A DNA stretch of 64,000 nt, taken from NCBI GenBank assembly GCA_037444405.1, contig JBBIML010000013.1:1-64000 (forward strand), read 5' to 3'. This document shows positions 49,900 through 59,284 of this stretch, piece by piece. Source of the DNA: Armatimonadota bacterium. Its GTDB lineage: Bacteria; Armatimonadota; Fimbriimonadia; Fimbriimonadales; GBS-DC. The first letter of the stretch is position 1, and the number at the start of each line of letters is the position of its first letter. The notes beneath the pieces are model-generated. The model searched no databases, was not told the DNA's origin, and saw nothing but the letters and a program-made list of their open reading frames with translations. The translations under genes were made by a program, and so were the position numbers.

Positions 49900-50596
49900 C
49901 GATTTGCCTCCTGTTCTGTTCGGTGTAGTGGAGGGCATCGGCGGCGGCGCGCTGCTCGGCTTGCTTTTTGCTGGAGCCGGTGCCGCGCCCGATGGTCAAA
50001 TCGCGCAGGCGCACCTCCACGATGAAAGTTTTGCGATGGGGCGTGCCGTGTTCCTCCACCACCTCATACACGGGCGTGATGCGCCACCAGGCTTGCGTGC
50101 GCTCCTGCAAAAGCGATTTGAAGTCCTGGATGGGGATGATGCCCTGCGTGAGGGCATCGAGTTCGGGCTGGAGGTGCTGGAGGATGTAGGCGCGTGCGGC
50201 TTCGTAGCCCTGGTCCAGGTAGAGGGCGGCGATGACGGCTTCGAAGGCGTCGCTGAGGATGGAGGGTCGCTCGCGCCCGCCTGCCGCCTCTTCCGCGGGG
50301 CTGAGCCGCAGCTGCTGGGGCAGTCCTGCCCGACGCGCCGCCTCGCACAGCACGCTCTCGCGCACCAGGCTTGCCCGCGCTTTGGAGAGCTGACCCTGAT
50401 CCCAGTCGGGAAAGAGCCGATAGAGATGCTCGGCGATCACCAGCCCCAGCACGGCGTCGCCCAGAAACTCCAGACGCTCGTTGCTGGCTGCCAGGTCGCC
50501 CTCCGTAAACGACCGATGGGTCAGCGCCTGCGTCCACAGCGCGTCATCCACCTTTGGGGTTATCGCACGGCTTTTTCGCAACCGCCAGAAGCCCAC
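49883..50596 (-). CDS. rnc: Ribonuclease III
   Basis: ALTHRS, NERLEFLGDAVL, DAFEA, dsRBD 'DFKSLLQE..G.SKKQAEQ'; GTG start inferred. Confidence 0.95.
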   Translation of the reverse strand: MGFWRLRKSRAITPKVDDALWTQALTHRSFTEGDLAASNERLEFLGDAVLGLVIAEHLYRLFPDWDQGQLSKARASLVRESVLCEAARRAGLPQQLRLSPAEEAAGGRERPSILSDAFEAVIAALYLDQGYEAARAYILQHLQPELDALTQGIIPIQDFKSLLQERTQAWWRITPVYEVVEEHGTPHRKTFIVEVRLRDLTIGRGTGSSKKQAEQRAAADALHYTEQNRRQIDETLR

Positions 50597-50622
50597 GCGG
50601 GCTATTATACCCATGACTTGAT

Positions 50623-50644
50623 TGGGGCGGGACGCCCCCGCTAC
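50623..50644. repeat. GTAG-type REP downstream of ftsE
   Basis: Minus strand GTAGCGGGGGCGTCCCGCCCC hairpin. Confidence 0.6.
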
Positions 50645-50648
50645 GGCT

Positions 50649-51395
50649 CTATGGGCGGGTATAGCGGGGGAAGGGGTTCTCCTGCACGACGGCGGTCGAG
50701 GCGTAGAGCCGATCCAGCTCGGCGGGATAGCCCCCGCGCGGCACATCGCTGATGATGCGTCCCCGATCGAGCGCGACCACGCGCCGATTCGCCCGATCCA
50801 CGACCGCGCGGTTATGCGTCGCCACGATCACCGTGGTGCCGCGCAGGTTAATCTGGAGCAACAGCTGAATAATCTCCCACGAGGTTTCGGGGTCGAGGTT
50901 GGCGGTTGGCTCATCGGCTAACAGCAGGGGCGGGTTGTTGGCGAGGGCGCGGGCAATCGCGACGCGCTGTGCCTCGCCGCCCGACAGCTGATGCGGATAG
51001 GCGTTCGCCTGCGCGCTCATGCCGACCTGGTTCAGCACCTGCGCCACGCGCTGGCGCACCGCCCGCTGGGAATAGCCGATCGCGCACAAGCCGTAGGCGA
51101 TGTTCTCCCACACCGTTTTGCGGGGCAGCAGCGGGTAATCCTGCGGGATGATGCCCATCCGTCGGCGCAGGAAGGGGATGTCGCGCTCGCGCAGGCGGTT
51201 CACCTCCTGCCCGTCGACCAGCACGCGCCCTTCGGTCGGGCGGAGTGCGCCATAGAGCAGCTTGAGCAGGGTCGATTTGCCCGCGCCCGTCGTGCCCACC
51301 AGAAACACGAACTCGCCTGGCTCCACCTTCAGGTGGACCCGACACAGCGCGTAGCTCTCCCCATACAGCACACTTACACCCTGTAGCTCGACCAT
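50649..51395 (-). CDS. ftsE: Cell division ATP-binding protein FtsE
   Basis: GEFVFLVG..GAGKST, IPFLRR, LSGGEAQRV, ADEPTANLDPETSWEI, GTTVIVATH. Confidence 0.88.
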   Translation of the reverse strand: MVELQGVSVLYGESYALCRVHLKVEPGEFVFLVGTTGAGKSTLLKLLYGALRPTEGRVLVDGQEVNRLRERDIPFLRRRMGIIPQDYPLLPRKTVWENIAYGLCAIGYSQRAVRQRVAQVLNQVGMSAQANAYPHQLSGGEAQRVAIARALANNPPLLLADEPTANLDPETSWEIIQLLLQINLRGTTVIVATHNRAVVDRANRRVVALDRGRIISDVPRGGYPAELDRLYASTAVVQENPFPRYTRP

Positions 51396-51409
51396 CGCCC
51401 TGTTGATAT

Positions 51410-51464
51410 GTGGGGCACGCCACCGTGCACCTGATATGCGGGGCGCACCGCCGTGCGCCCCTAC
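51410..51464. repeat. Inverted pair of GTAG-type REPs downstream of rpsT
   Basis: Minus strand GTAGGGGCGCACGGCGGTGCGCCCC (its TAG is the rpsT stop) plus degenerate gtggggcacgccaccgtgcacc. Confidence 0.7.
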
Positions 51465-51745
51465 TCGCTCGCTTTTTGCTGGGTCAGCCGCTTGTTGAGC
51501 GCGAGCATCAGGCGCGACTTTTTGCGGGCGCCCGTGTTGCGGTGCAGGATGCCACGCTTGACCGCCTTATCGATGATGCTGACCGCGCGGCGCAGGGCGT
51601 TCAGCGCGCCCTCCCGATCGCCCCGCTCCGCCAGCTCCTTCACGCGCCGCGTGTAGGTCTTAATTGCCGATTTGGTGGAGCGGTTCCGCAAATAGCGCGC
51701 CCGCGACTTGCGCAGCGCCTTCTCCGCTGACTTCGTATTCGGCAT
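51461..51745 (-). CDS. rpsT: 30S ribosomal protein S20
   Basis: MPNTKSAEK, IDKAVKRGILHRNTGARKKSRL. Confidence 0.97.
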   Translation of the reverse strand: MPNTKSAEKALRKSRARYLRNRSTKSAIKTYTRRVKELAERGDREGALNALRRAVSIIDKAVKRGILHRNTGARKKSRLMLALNKRLTQQKASE

Positions 51746-51795
51746 CGATTCACCTCCTTACGAAAAGACAGTCGATTATACCCACCCGTGCGACG

Positions 51796-52830
51796 CTACT
51801 CCGGGATCAGCATGCTTTTGACGGTCTGGCGGTTCTCCATCATCTGGAAGGCGGCGCGCCAGTCGCTGAGCGGGAAGATTCGGCGCAGGGGCGCGAGCAG
51901 GAGTTTGCCCGCGCTCATCAGGGTCAGTACGCGCTCCCAGGTGCCCCATGTGTGGCTGAAGCTGCCCTGCAGACGCACATTTTTGCCCACCAGCGGGTCG
52001 AGGCTGTAGCTGAGCGGTTCGGGACCCCAGCCAACTTTGGTGATCTGCCCGTCGGGTCGCACCAGTCGCAGGCACGGCTCCAGCACCGCCGAGCTGCCCA
52101 CCGCGTCGATAACCAGATCGGCGCCCATCCCGTCGCCCACGCGCCGTATGAAGCCCTCCAGATCGTCCCTGTCGGCGAGCAGGATGGCGTCCGCCCCCAC
52201 CGATTCGGCGATTCGCAGCCGCTCGCCGTCGGTGCTTAAGGCGACCAGCACCGCCATGCGCGGCGAGAAGAGCTTCGCCATCTGCAGGCACAGCAATCCA
52301 ATCGGACCGCTGCCGAACACCACGACGAGATCGCCTGGCTTGGGGCGCGAGAGCTCGATAACGGCGTGCGCGGCGACGCAGCACGGCTCGGTCAGTGCGC
52401 CGTCCTCCAACGAGAGGTTATCGGGCAGGCGGTGTAGGATTCGGGCGGGCGCGCGCACATAGCGTGCCATCGCGCCGTGCGTGCCGTAGCCGAAGCCGAG
52501 CCGTTGCGGGCAGAGGTTATAGCGTCCCGTGCGGCAATAGGCGCACTGTCCGCAGATGACCGCTGCCGTCTCGCACACCACGCGCTCGCCCACCTGCCAG
52601 CCCTCCACACCCTCACCGACGGCTTCGATCACCCCCGCGAACTCGTGCCCCAGCACCACCGGGTAGTTCACCTTCCACGAGTGCGTGCCGTGATATTGAT
52701 GGAGGTCAGAGCCGCAGACGCCGACCGCACGCACGCGCACCAGCACCTCGCCCGCACGGGGCGCAGGTTCAGCAATCTCGCGCAGCTCCACACTGCACGG
52801 CTCCGGCGCGTAGTTGACCACCGCTTTCAT
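51796..52830 (-). CDS. Zinc-dependent alcohol/polyol dehydrogenase
   Basis: GVCGSD, GHE, CGQCAYCRTG..NLC, GSGPIG. Confidence 0.9.
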   Translation of the reverse strand: MKAVVNYAPEPCSVELREIAEPAPRAGEVLVRVRAVGVCGSDLHQYHGTHSWKVNYPVVLGHEFAGVIEAVGEGVEGWQVGERVVCETAAVICGQCAYCRTGRYNLCPQRLGFGYGTHGAMARYVRAPARILHRLPDNLSLEDGALTEPCCVAAHAVIELSRPKPGDLVVVFGSGPIGLLCLQMAKLFSPRMAVLVALSTDGERLRIAESVGADAILLADRDDLEGFIRRVGDGMGADLVIDAVGSSAVLEPCLRLVRPDGQITKVGWGPEPLSYSLDPLVGKNVRLQGSFSHTWGTWERVLTLMSAGKLLLAPLRRIFPLSDWRAAFQMMENRQTVKSMLIPE

Positions 52831-53615
52831 GCCATCTGCGCCTTGAGGAACTGGGCGGCTTTCGGCAGCTCCTCCAGCGGGTCGCCCAGCACGCCGCACT
52901 CCAGCGCCATGTAGCCCGTGTAGCCAATCTGCTTGAGCGCGGCGAACCCGCTGCGGAAATCGGTATGCCCCTGACCGGGCAGCATGCGGTTGCTGTCGGC
53001 TAAATGCACATGGGCGAGCCACTCCCCTGCGGCTCGAATCGCCGCGGGGATGTCGGCTTCCTCTATCGACATGTGGAAGAAGTCCGCCATAATCCTCAGG
53101 TTCGGGTGAGCGACCTTCTGGCAGACAGCGACCGCCTGCTCCAGTCGGCGAATGAAGTGCGTCTCGTAGCGGTTGAGCGGTTCGAGCAGCAGATAGCTGC
53201 CTGCCTGCCCGGCGGTTTGCGCCAGCTCGTCCAGCAACAGGCAGAGCAGGTCGAACTCCAGCTGTTCGGGGCTGGCGAGCGGGCGCAGGTCGGGAATGCG
53301 CGGACCGCCGAAGATAGGCACCACGATCAGCCCGACCGCGCCGATGTCGGCGGCGACATAGAGCAGCTCTTTGATGTCGTGGCAGGCGCGTTCGCGCTCG
53401 CGCGGGTCGGCGTCCAGCAGGCTGCCGCGAAAGCCCGCGCACACCGTGCTGGCGCGAACGGGGCTGTTCTTGAGCGCGCTCTGCACTTCGGGCAACCGCT
53501 CCTTCAGCCCACCGCCCCAGAACTCGATGCCCTCAAAGCCCCACGCCTGCAGCCGCTCCAGCCGCTCCGCCAGGCTATTGCCCGGCACCAGCCCTTCCTG
53601 ACATGCCAGTTTCAT
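52827..53615 (-). CDS. Sugar phosphate isomerase/epimerase (xylose isomerase-like TIM barrel)
   Basis: LEPLNRYE, DFFHM.IEE, HVHLADSNR..PGQG, ALEC. Confidence 0.88.
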   Translation of the reverse strand: MKLACQEGLVPGNSLAERLERLQAWGFEGIEFWGGGLKERLPEVQSALKNSPVRASTVCAGFRGSLLDADPRERERACHDIKELLYVAADIGAVGLIVVPIFGGPRIPDLRPLASPEQLEFDLLCLLLDELAQTAGQAGSYLLLEPLNRYETHFIRRLEQAVAVCQKVAHPNLRIMADFFHMSIEEADIPAAIRAAGEWLAHVHLADSNRMLPGQGHTDFRSGFAALKQIGYTGYMALECGVLGDPLEELPKAAQFLKAQMA

Positions 53616-53702
53616 CGTGATAGAGCGATTCGTCCCGCCGTGCCCGAATCCTGCCAGTAGCTTGGGCGTCTCGCCCACTATCATCATGGTACAATGCACT
53701 TG

Positions 53703-54122
53703 ATGAGTCGCATTCCGCGTGTGGTGGTTGCCAAAGTGGGTCTGGATGGGCACGATCGGGGCGCGAAGGTGGTGGCGCGCGCCCTGCGCGATGCAGGCTT
53801 CGAGGTCATCTACACGGGGCTGCGTCGCACGCCCGAAGAGGTGGTCGAAATCGCCCTGCAGGAAGACGCCGATGTGATTGCCGTCAGCATCCTGTCGGGT
53901 GCGCATATGACGCTCATCCCGCGCATCCTGAATCTGCTCAAGGAGCGCAACGCCGACGATATCCTCGTGATTGCGGGCGGCACCATCCCTGAAGACGATG
54001 CGGAAGCCCTCCGGCAGATGGGCGTGCGCGGGGTCTATCCGCCCGGCACGCTGATTGAGACCTTCGTCAGCGACTTGCGCCGCATGCTGGGGCTGGGCGA
54101 ACCAGCGGGCAGTGCGGTATAA
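53703..54122 (+). CDS. Cobalamin-binding small subunit of acyl-CoA mutase
   Basis: [25 protein letters not shown]. Confidence 0.9.
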   Translation: MSRIPRVVVAKVGLDGHDRGAKVVARALRDAGFEVIYTGLRRTPEEVVEIALQEDADVIAVSILSGAHMTLIPRILNLLKERNADDILVIAGGTIPEDDAEALRQMGVRGVYPPGTLIETFVSDLRRMLGLGEPAGSAV

Positions 54123-54168
54123 TCGCCTCGGTTAGAGGGCTACAGACTACCGGACAGGAGGATCAACG

Positions 54169-55923
54169 ATGAGCGAACCGATCCGACGCAGCGCCGCGTT
54201 TCTGATAGAGAGTGCGCCTGCGGGCGCGACCTTCACGCCCGAAGATTTCGATCAGGAAGCCCGCCTAATTGCCCGAACCGCGGAGGAGTTCATCCGCAAC
54301 GAGGTACTGCCCCGCCTGCCCGAAATTGAGCAGGCGCATGAGGGGCTGATGCGCGAGCTGGATCGCAAGATGGGCGAGCTGGGCTTCATCGCCGCCGAAG
54401 TACCCACTCACTACGGCGGGTTAGACCTGCCGAAGCCGACGGTCGCCCTGCTGGTGGAGAAGCTGGGACCCGAACCGGCGACCTGCCTGACCCTGCAGGC
54501 GCATGCAGGGCTGGCGATTTTGCCCCTCGTGCTGGAGGGCACACCCGCGCAAAAGGAACGCTACCTGCCGAAGCTGGCATCGGGCGAATGGTGCGGTTCG
54601 TTTTGCCTGAGCGAGCCATCAAGCGGCTCCGACGCGCTCGCGATGCGCACCCGCGCCACACCCACACCTGACGGCAAAGGCTATCTGCTCACGGGCGAAA
54701 AGATGTGGGTCACCAATGCGGGCTTCGCCGACCTGTTCACCGTGTTCGCCAAACTGAACGGCGAGCAGTTCACCGCCTTTCTGGTGGAGCGCACCTATAA
54801 TGGGGTGAACCTCGGTCGCGAGGAGCATAAGATTGGCTTGCACGGCTCCAGCACGCGCCGCGTCGCCTTCGAGAATGTGTTTGTGCCCGCCGAGAACCTG
54901 CTGGGCGAGGTCGGCAAAGCGCACTATATCGCGCTCAACACGCTCAATCTGGGGCGCTACAAGATGGCGGCGAGCGCGCTCGGCACGGGCAAATACGCGC
55001 TGGAGCTTGCCACCCGCTACGCGCAGGAGCGCCAGCAGTTCGGTCGCCCCATCGCCAGCTTCGGGCTGATCCGCCAGAAACTAACAGATATGACCACACG
55101 CCTGTTCGCATTAGAGAGCATGCTCTATCGCACAGGCGGACTCATGCAGGAATGGTTCGAGCCGATTCATGCCCTGCCGCCCGATTATCCTGATTTGAAT
55201 CTGCGCTATCGCGCGGCGGCGTCCGAATACGCGGGCGAATGCGCCCTGCTCAAGTTCTACGGCACGGAGGTGCAATACTTCTGCGCTGACGAGGGTCTGC
55301 AGATTCACGGCGGCTACGGCTACACCGAGGATTTCCCAATAGCGAAGCTGTTCCGCGAGTCGCGCGTGCCGCGCATCTATGAGGGCACGAACGAGATCAA
55401 TCGGCTGAACCTGACCCAGCATCTGATTCGGCAGATGCAGCGGGCGGGCTTGCCGCTGCTGGAGGCGGCGCGCGAGCGCGAGGCGCGCCCTGTGGAGAGC
55501 CTGCCCGACAGCCCGCGCGAGCAGCTTGCCGCGCTGGTGGAGCAGTTCCGTCAGGCGACGCTGTTCGCGTTTCGGCTGGCGTACGAAGCGTATGGCGAGC
55601 ATCTGCGCGAGGAGCGTCAGGAGGTGGCGGCGGCAATCGCGGAGATGTGCGCCTATCTGTACGGGCTGGACAGCATCGTGGCGCGATTGCCTAAGCTGCG
55701 CGGGTCTGCGGCGGAGGCGGGTGAACTCGCGGCGGGGCTGTTCGCGCGCGAGGGCGCGTTCGCGGCGCGGGAACGGCTCGATCTGGTGCTGAACGCGCTC
55801 GGTGCGCCTGCCGACGCCTTCCGACAGGCGGAGCGCATGCTCAGCCTGCCACGCATCGACGCCGTGTCCGCCCGCAATCGCCTCGCGGAGTTCGCGCTCC
55901 AGCGCGGCGGATACCCGTTTTAG
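54169..55923 (+). CDS. Acyl-CoA dehydrogenase (long, FadE-like)
   Basis: LSEPSSGSDA, GEKMWVTN, QIHGGYGY, IYEGTNEINR. Confidence 0.92.
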   Translation: MSEPIRRSAAFLIESAPAGATFTPEDFDQEARLIARTAEEFIRNEVLPRLPEIEQAHEGLMRELDRKMGELGFIAAEVPTHYGGLDLPKPTVALLVEKLGPEPATCLTLQAHAGLAILPLVLEGTPAQKERYLPKLASGEWCGSFCLSEPSSGSDALAMRTRATPTPDGKGYLLTGEKMWVTNAGFADLFTVFAKLNGEQFTAFLVERTYNGVNLGREEHKIGLHGSSTRRVAFENVFVPAENLLGEVGKAHYIALNTLNLGRYKMAASALGTGKYALELATRYAQERQQFGRPIASFGLIRQKLTDMTTRLFALESMLYRTGGLMQEWFEPIHALPPDYPDLNLRYRAAASEYAGECALLKFYGTEVQYFCADEGLQIHGGYGYTEDFPIAKLFRESRVPRIYEGTNEINRLNLTQHLIRQMQRAGLPLLEAAREREARPVESLPDSPREQLAALVEQFRQATLFAFRLAYEAYGEHLREERQEVAAAIAEMCAYLYGLDSIVARLPKLRGSAAEAGELAAGLFAREGAFAARERLDLVLNALGAPADAFRQAERMLSLPRIDAVSARNRLAEFALQRGGYPF

Positions 55924-55929
55924 ACCCTA

Positions 55930-56529
55930 TCACTCCGTGCCCCATTCGGGCACGAGCTGCTGTTCCACTTTCAGCAGTTGCAGGGCGCGGGCGACGATGG
56001 TATCGACGGCTTCTTCCAGCGTGCGCGGGCGGTTATAGAAGGCGGGGCAGGCGGGCAGAATCGTCGCGCCCGCCTCCGCCGCCAGCAACATGTTGCGCAG
56101 ATGCACGCGATTGAACGGCGCCTCGCGCACCACCAGGATCAGCGGGCGATGCTCCTTGAGGCACACATCCGCCGCGCGGGTCATCAAATCGTCCGATGTG
56201 CCGTTCGCGATGCGTCCCAGCGTGCCCATCGAGCAGGGGATAATCACCATGCCATCGTGGCGGAAGCTGCCACTGGCGGGCGGCGCGAAGTAGTCGCGCG
56301 GCTGAAGCACCTTCAACCCGTCCCACGCCTCGCCTAACAGCGTTTCCGCGCCGAGCGTCTCGCGCGTGACGGGCAGCTCCAGCTCCGTCTGCAGCACCTG
56401 AATGCCCTGATCGGAGCAGATGAGGTAAATCTCGCGGAACTGCTGACGCGCCGCCTGCAAAAAGCGCAGGGCATAGAGCGCACCGCTCGCGCCCGTGATG
56501 CCCATCACCAGCCGACCTGTGGCTCCCAT
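55930..56529 (-). CDS. ubiX: Flavin prenyltransferase
   Basis: GITGASG, SGSF, PCSMGTL, RAADVCLKE, REAP, PAFY. Confidence 0.92.
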   Translation of the reverse strand: MGATGRLVMGITGASGALYALRFLQAARQQFREIYLICSDQGIQVLQTELELPVTRETLGAETLLGEAWDGLKVLQPRDYFAPPASGSFRHDGMVIIPCSMGTLGRIANGTSDDLMTRAADVCLKEHRPLILVVREAPFNRVHLRNMLLAAEAGATILPACPAFYNRPRTLEEAVDTIVARALQLLKVEQQLVPEWGTE

Positions 56530-56581
56530 CCGCCCAGAGCATACCCCATTGGGTATCCTTCTTCCGCAGGGAGGCGAGCTA

Positions 56582-57376
56582 ATGGCGAAGCGTGGCGTGA
56601 TGGAGGTGTCGCTCATCTTCCCGCCCGCCGAGATCATCCAGCGGTACTATAAGGGGCTGATCTATCTGGCGGCGCGCACCTGCTACAGCGAGAAGACACC
56701 CCAGCAAATCTGGGACGAGTTCCTGTCCGATAAGGTGCCACCCGAACGGGTGCATAGCCTGCTCACGCATGTGATCGAATCGGGACACCACAGCACGATT
56801 GAGCATATCAGCTTCACCTTCGCGATTTCGGGGGTGAGCCGCGCGCTTTCGCATCAGCTGGTGCGCCACCGAATCGGCGTCGCGTTCGACCAGCAGAGCC
56901 AGCGCTATGTGAAATATAAAGAACCCCTCTATGTGACCCCACCCTCCATCGAGGCACAGCCCGAAGCGCTGCAGGAGTTCGAACGCCTGCGCGATACGAG
57001 CGAAGAGGTCTATCACCGCTTCCTGCAGATGGGCATTCCCGCCGAAGATGCCCGATTCGTGTTCCCGAACGCCGTCACCACCAACCTGATCATGACGGTG
57101 AACTTGCGCCAGCTGATGCACATGGCGGGTCTGCGCCTCTGCACGCTCGCCCAGTGGGAGATTCGGCAGCTTTTTAAGCTCATTCGCAAGGAGCTGATGG
57201 CTGCCGACCCCTACTTTGGCAGGCTGCTGGTGCCCAAGTGCGTGCCGTTAGGCTACTGCGATGAGAAGCGCAACGAGGACGAACACTGCAAGATTCGCCC
57301 GCACCGCAACTCGGTTTTCCGCGTGTGGGAGCTTTATAAACAGGGCCGACTCATCGAGAGGGGCGACGCGGAGTAA
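56582..57376 (+). CDS. thyX: FAD-dependent thymidylate synthase
   Basis: H.S..EH, SR..SHQLVRHR, QQSQRY, EDARF, AQWEIR. Confidence 0.95.
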   Translation: MAKRGVMEVSLIFPPAEIIQRYYKGLIYLAARTCYSEKTPQQIWDEFLSDKVPPERVHSLLTHVIESGHHSTIEHISFTFAISGVSRALSHQLVRHRIGVAFDQQSQRYVKYKEPLYVTPPSIEAQPEALQEFERLRDTSEEVYHRFLQMGIPAEDARFVFPNAVTTNLIMTVNLRQLMHMAGLRLCTLAQWEIRQLFKLIRKELMAADPYFGRLLVPKCVPLGYCDEKRNEDEHCKIRPHRNSVFRVWELYKQGRLIERGDAE

Positions 57377-57405
57377 AGGGGTATAATGGTGATGGGTGTG
57401 ATGGA

Positions 57406-57963
57406 ATGAATCTGCGAATCGCGCTGACGGACGAGTTGCTGGCGCATGCGGAGCTGGTGGCGCAGGTGTTCCTGCAGGCGATGTACACCTCCATCGGCGA
57501 GCGGATGCTGGAGGAGCTGGCGGAGTCGGAGGTTACCTACTCGCAGATGCAGGCATTGCGCTTTTTGCGCACGCATCGGCGCGTGACGGTGGGCGACCTT
57601 GCGGAGGGGCTGAACATCTCCTATCCGTCGGCGACCAACATGGTGCATCGGCTGGAGAAGAAGGGGCTGATTCGGCGCATCGCAAACCCGCGCGACCGCC
57701 GACAGGTGGGGTTGCTGCTCACCGACGAGGGACGCCAGCTGATAGAACAGATCGACCAGGAGCGGCGGCAGCGGTTCGCCCGCGTGCTGGCACAGATGGA
57801 CGAACGCGACCGCCATGCGTTCATTAACGGGCTATCGGCGTTCATTCGCGCGGGGCTGGCATCGGGCACGCTGAAGGTGGACGAAGTGTGCCTGCACTGC
57901 GGCACCGGCGCCGACCCCCTCTGCCCCCTTGTCGAACTGCACTCACCCGAGATCTGTCGGTGA
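57406..57963 (+). CDS. MarR family regulator with C-terminal Cys cluster
   Basis: DLAEGLNISYPSAT.MV.RLEKKGLI.R..DRR; C-term CLHC..C..C. Confidence 0.88.
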   Translation: MNLRIALTDELLAHAELVAQVFLQAMYTSIGERMLEELAESEVTYSQMQALRFLRTHRRVTVGDLAEGLNISYPSATNMVHRLEKKGLIRRIANPRDRRQVGLLLTDEGRQLIEQIDQERRQRFARVLAQMDERDRHAFINGLSAFIRAGLASGTLKVDEVCLHCGTGADPLCPLVELHSPEICR

Positions 57964-58137
57964 GTTCAAGCCGAGATCGATTCATTAGAAGCAGGAGTCA
58001 GATCGCCTGGAAACGAATCTTCTGCACGGAGGGCGGTGATGCCCGCGAGCTGTGTGTATGGAGGCGTCGACGAGCAGGTAGGGCGTTCACGCGATGGCGC
58101 TCTCGTTCAGCACCCACGCCTGCGCGGGGGGGGCGCC

Positions 58138-58692
58138 ATGAGCCGCCAAACCCGACCCTTCCATGACCTCCTGCGCGACCTGCCCGAACCACTCCAGCGC
58201 GCCGTTCACCACTGCGTCGCTGCCTGCAAGCCCCACTATTGCCCCCACCCTTATGCCAGCGACTGGCTGGAAGAACTCTATCACGAAGCCGCCTGCGCTG
58301 CATACGAAGCGCTGGCAAAGTACGACCCCAGCAAGGGCGACCTGTACGAGTTTGGGGTGCTGCTGATTGGTCAGCGGTTGCGGTGGTTTTGCGATCGGGT
58401 GTGGGCGGCGGCGCGTTGCGAGTGTGAATGGCCGCGGGATGAGGAGACGGGTGAGGAGGTGGAGCTGGAGGATGGGTGTGCGGTAGTGGAGCTGGAGGCG
58501 TGTGCGTTTGAGGGTCAGGTACGCGCGGTGTTGCAGCAGCTGGGTGGTGTGGATTGGCAGGTGGGGGAATGGTATTTGCTGGAGGGTTGGAGCGAGCGGG
58601 AGATAGCCGAGCGGTTGGGCTGTTCGCAGAAAGCGGTGAACAAGCGGTTGCAGAAAATCAAGGCGTATTTGCGGCAGCAGTTGGGCGATTAG
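58138..58692 (+). CDS. Sigma-70 family (region 2 + region 4) sigma factor
   Basis: EELYHEA..YEALAKYDPSKG (region 2-like); WSEREIAERLGCSQKAVNKRLQKI HTH. Confidence 0.75.
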   Translation: MSRQTRPFHDLLRDLPEPLQRAVHHCVAACKPHYCPHPYASDWLEELYHEAACAAYEALAKYDPSKGDLYEFGVLLIGQRLRWFCDRVWAAARCECEWPRDEETGEEVELEDGCAVVELEACAFEGQVRAVLQQLGGVDWQVGEWYLLEGWSEREIAERLGCSQKAVNKRLQKIKAYLRQQLGD

Positions 58693-58831
58693 CGCAAAAA
58701 CAGCGCGGGTGGTGGTGCAGGAGATACTCAAAATTGGCAGAGGTGGCTACATGATATAATAGAGGGCGGGGATGGGAGTTGTGAGCCACCCGCCTTTGGA
58801 CAGACAACAACGATGGAGGAGGAATGAGGCG

Positions 58832-59218
58832 ATGAGACGGGAGATGATGACTCTACTCAGCATTGTTGTATTGATAACCGTCAGTTTCGCACAGTCAGAA
58901 AGACTTGTAAGCGACGATAGGGCGGTCGAGATAGTGCTTTTCTCCAGGTGCACCTGGGTGCTTGATACAGCCCAGCTCACTTGGGGATGTGATGGATCAC
59001 TATTCTGTTCGGGTAAATGCTCCGTTGGATTTCTCCCAAAGGGCAGCAGTGCTTTTCTCTGTGTCAGTGCTGCTGATTCCTTATGTGCAGGTAGTAAGGC
59101 AACAATTCTGGTTTGGAAAGTCGGGGAGGGAAGGTGCCTTCCAGACTGTTCATGCTCAGATGTGATACCTTTACCGCAACCCGAGCCAGTTGAGGTGAAT
59201 GTTTATGAGTGCCGATAG
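58832..59218 (+). CDS. Secreted 10-Cys small protein
   Basis: Signal peptide ending VSFA; 10 Cys in mature part; GGAGGA upstream. Confidence 0.7.
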   Translation: MRREMMTLLSIVVLITVSFAQSERLVSDDRAVEIVLFSRCTWVLDTAQLTWGCDGSLFCSGKCSVGFLPKGSSAFLCVSAADSLCAGSKATILVWKVGEGRCLPDCSCSDVIPLPQPEPVEVNVYECR

Positions 59219-59284
59219 ACCAAATCTCAATTTGGCGACGGTACTGCCAGCGTTTCCTAAACTGGTTCACATACTTCAGGAGGT

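Noticed and set aside
53703..56529. B12-binding subunit, acyl-CoA dehydrogenase and ubiX as a novel pathway
   Set aside because: Each has its own -10 box and ubiX is on the opposite strand; orphaned subunits are common in this shuffled region
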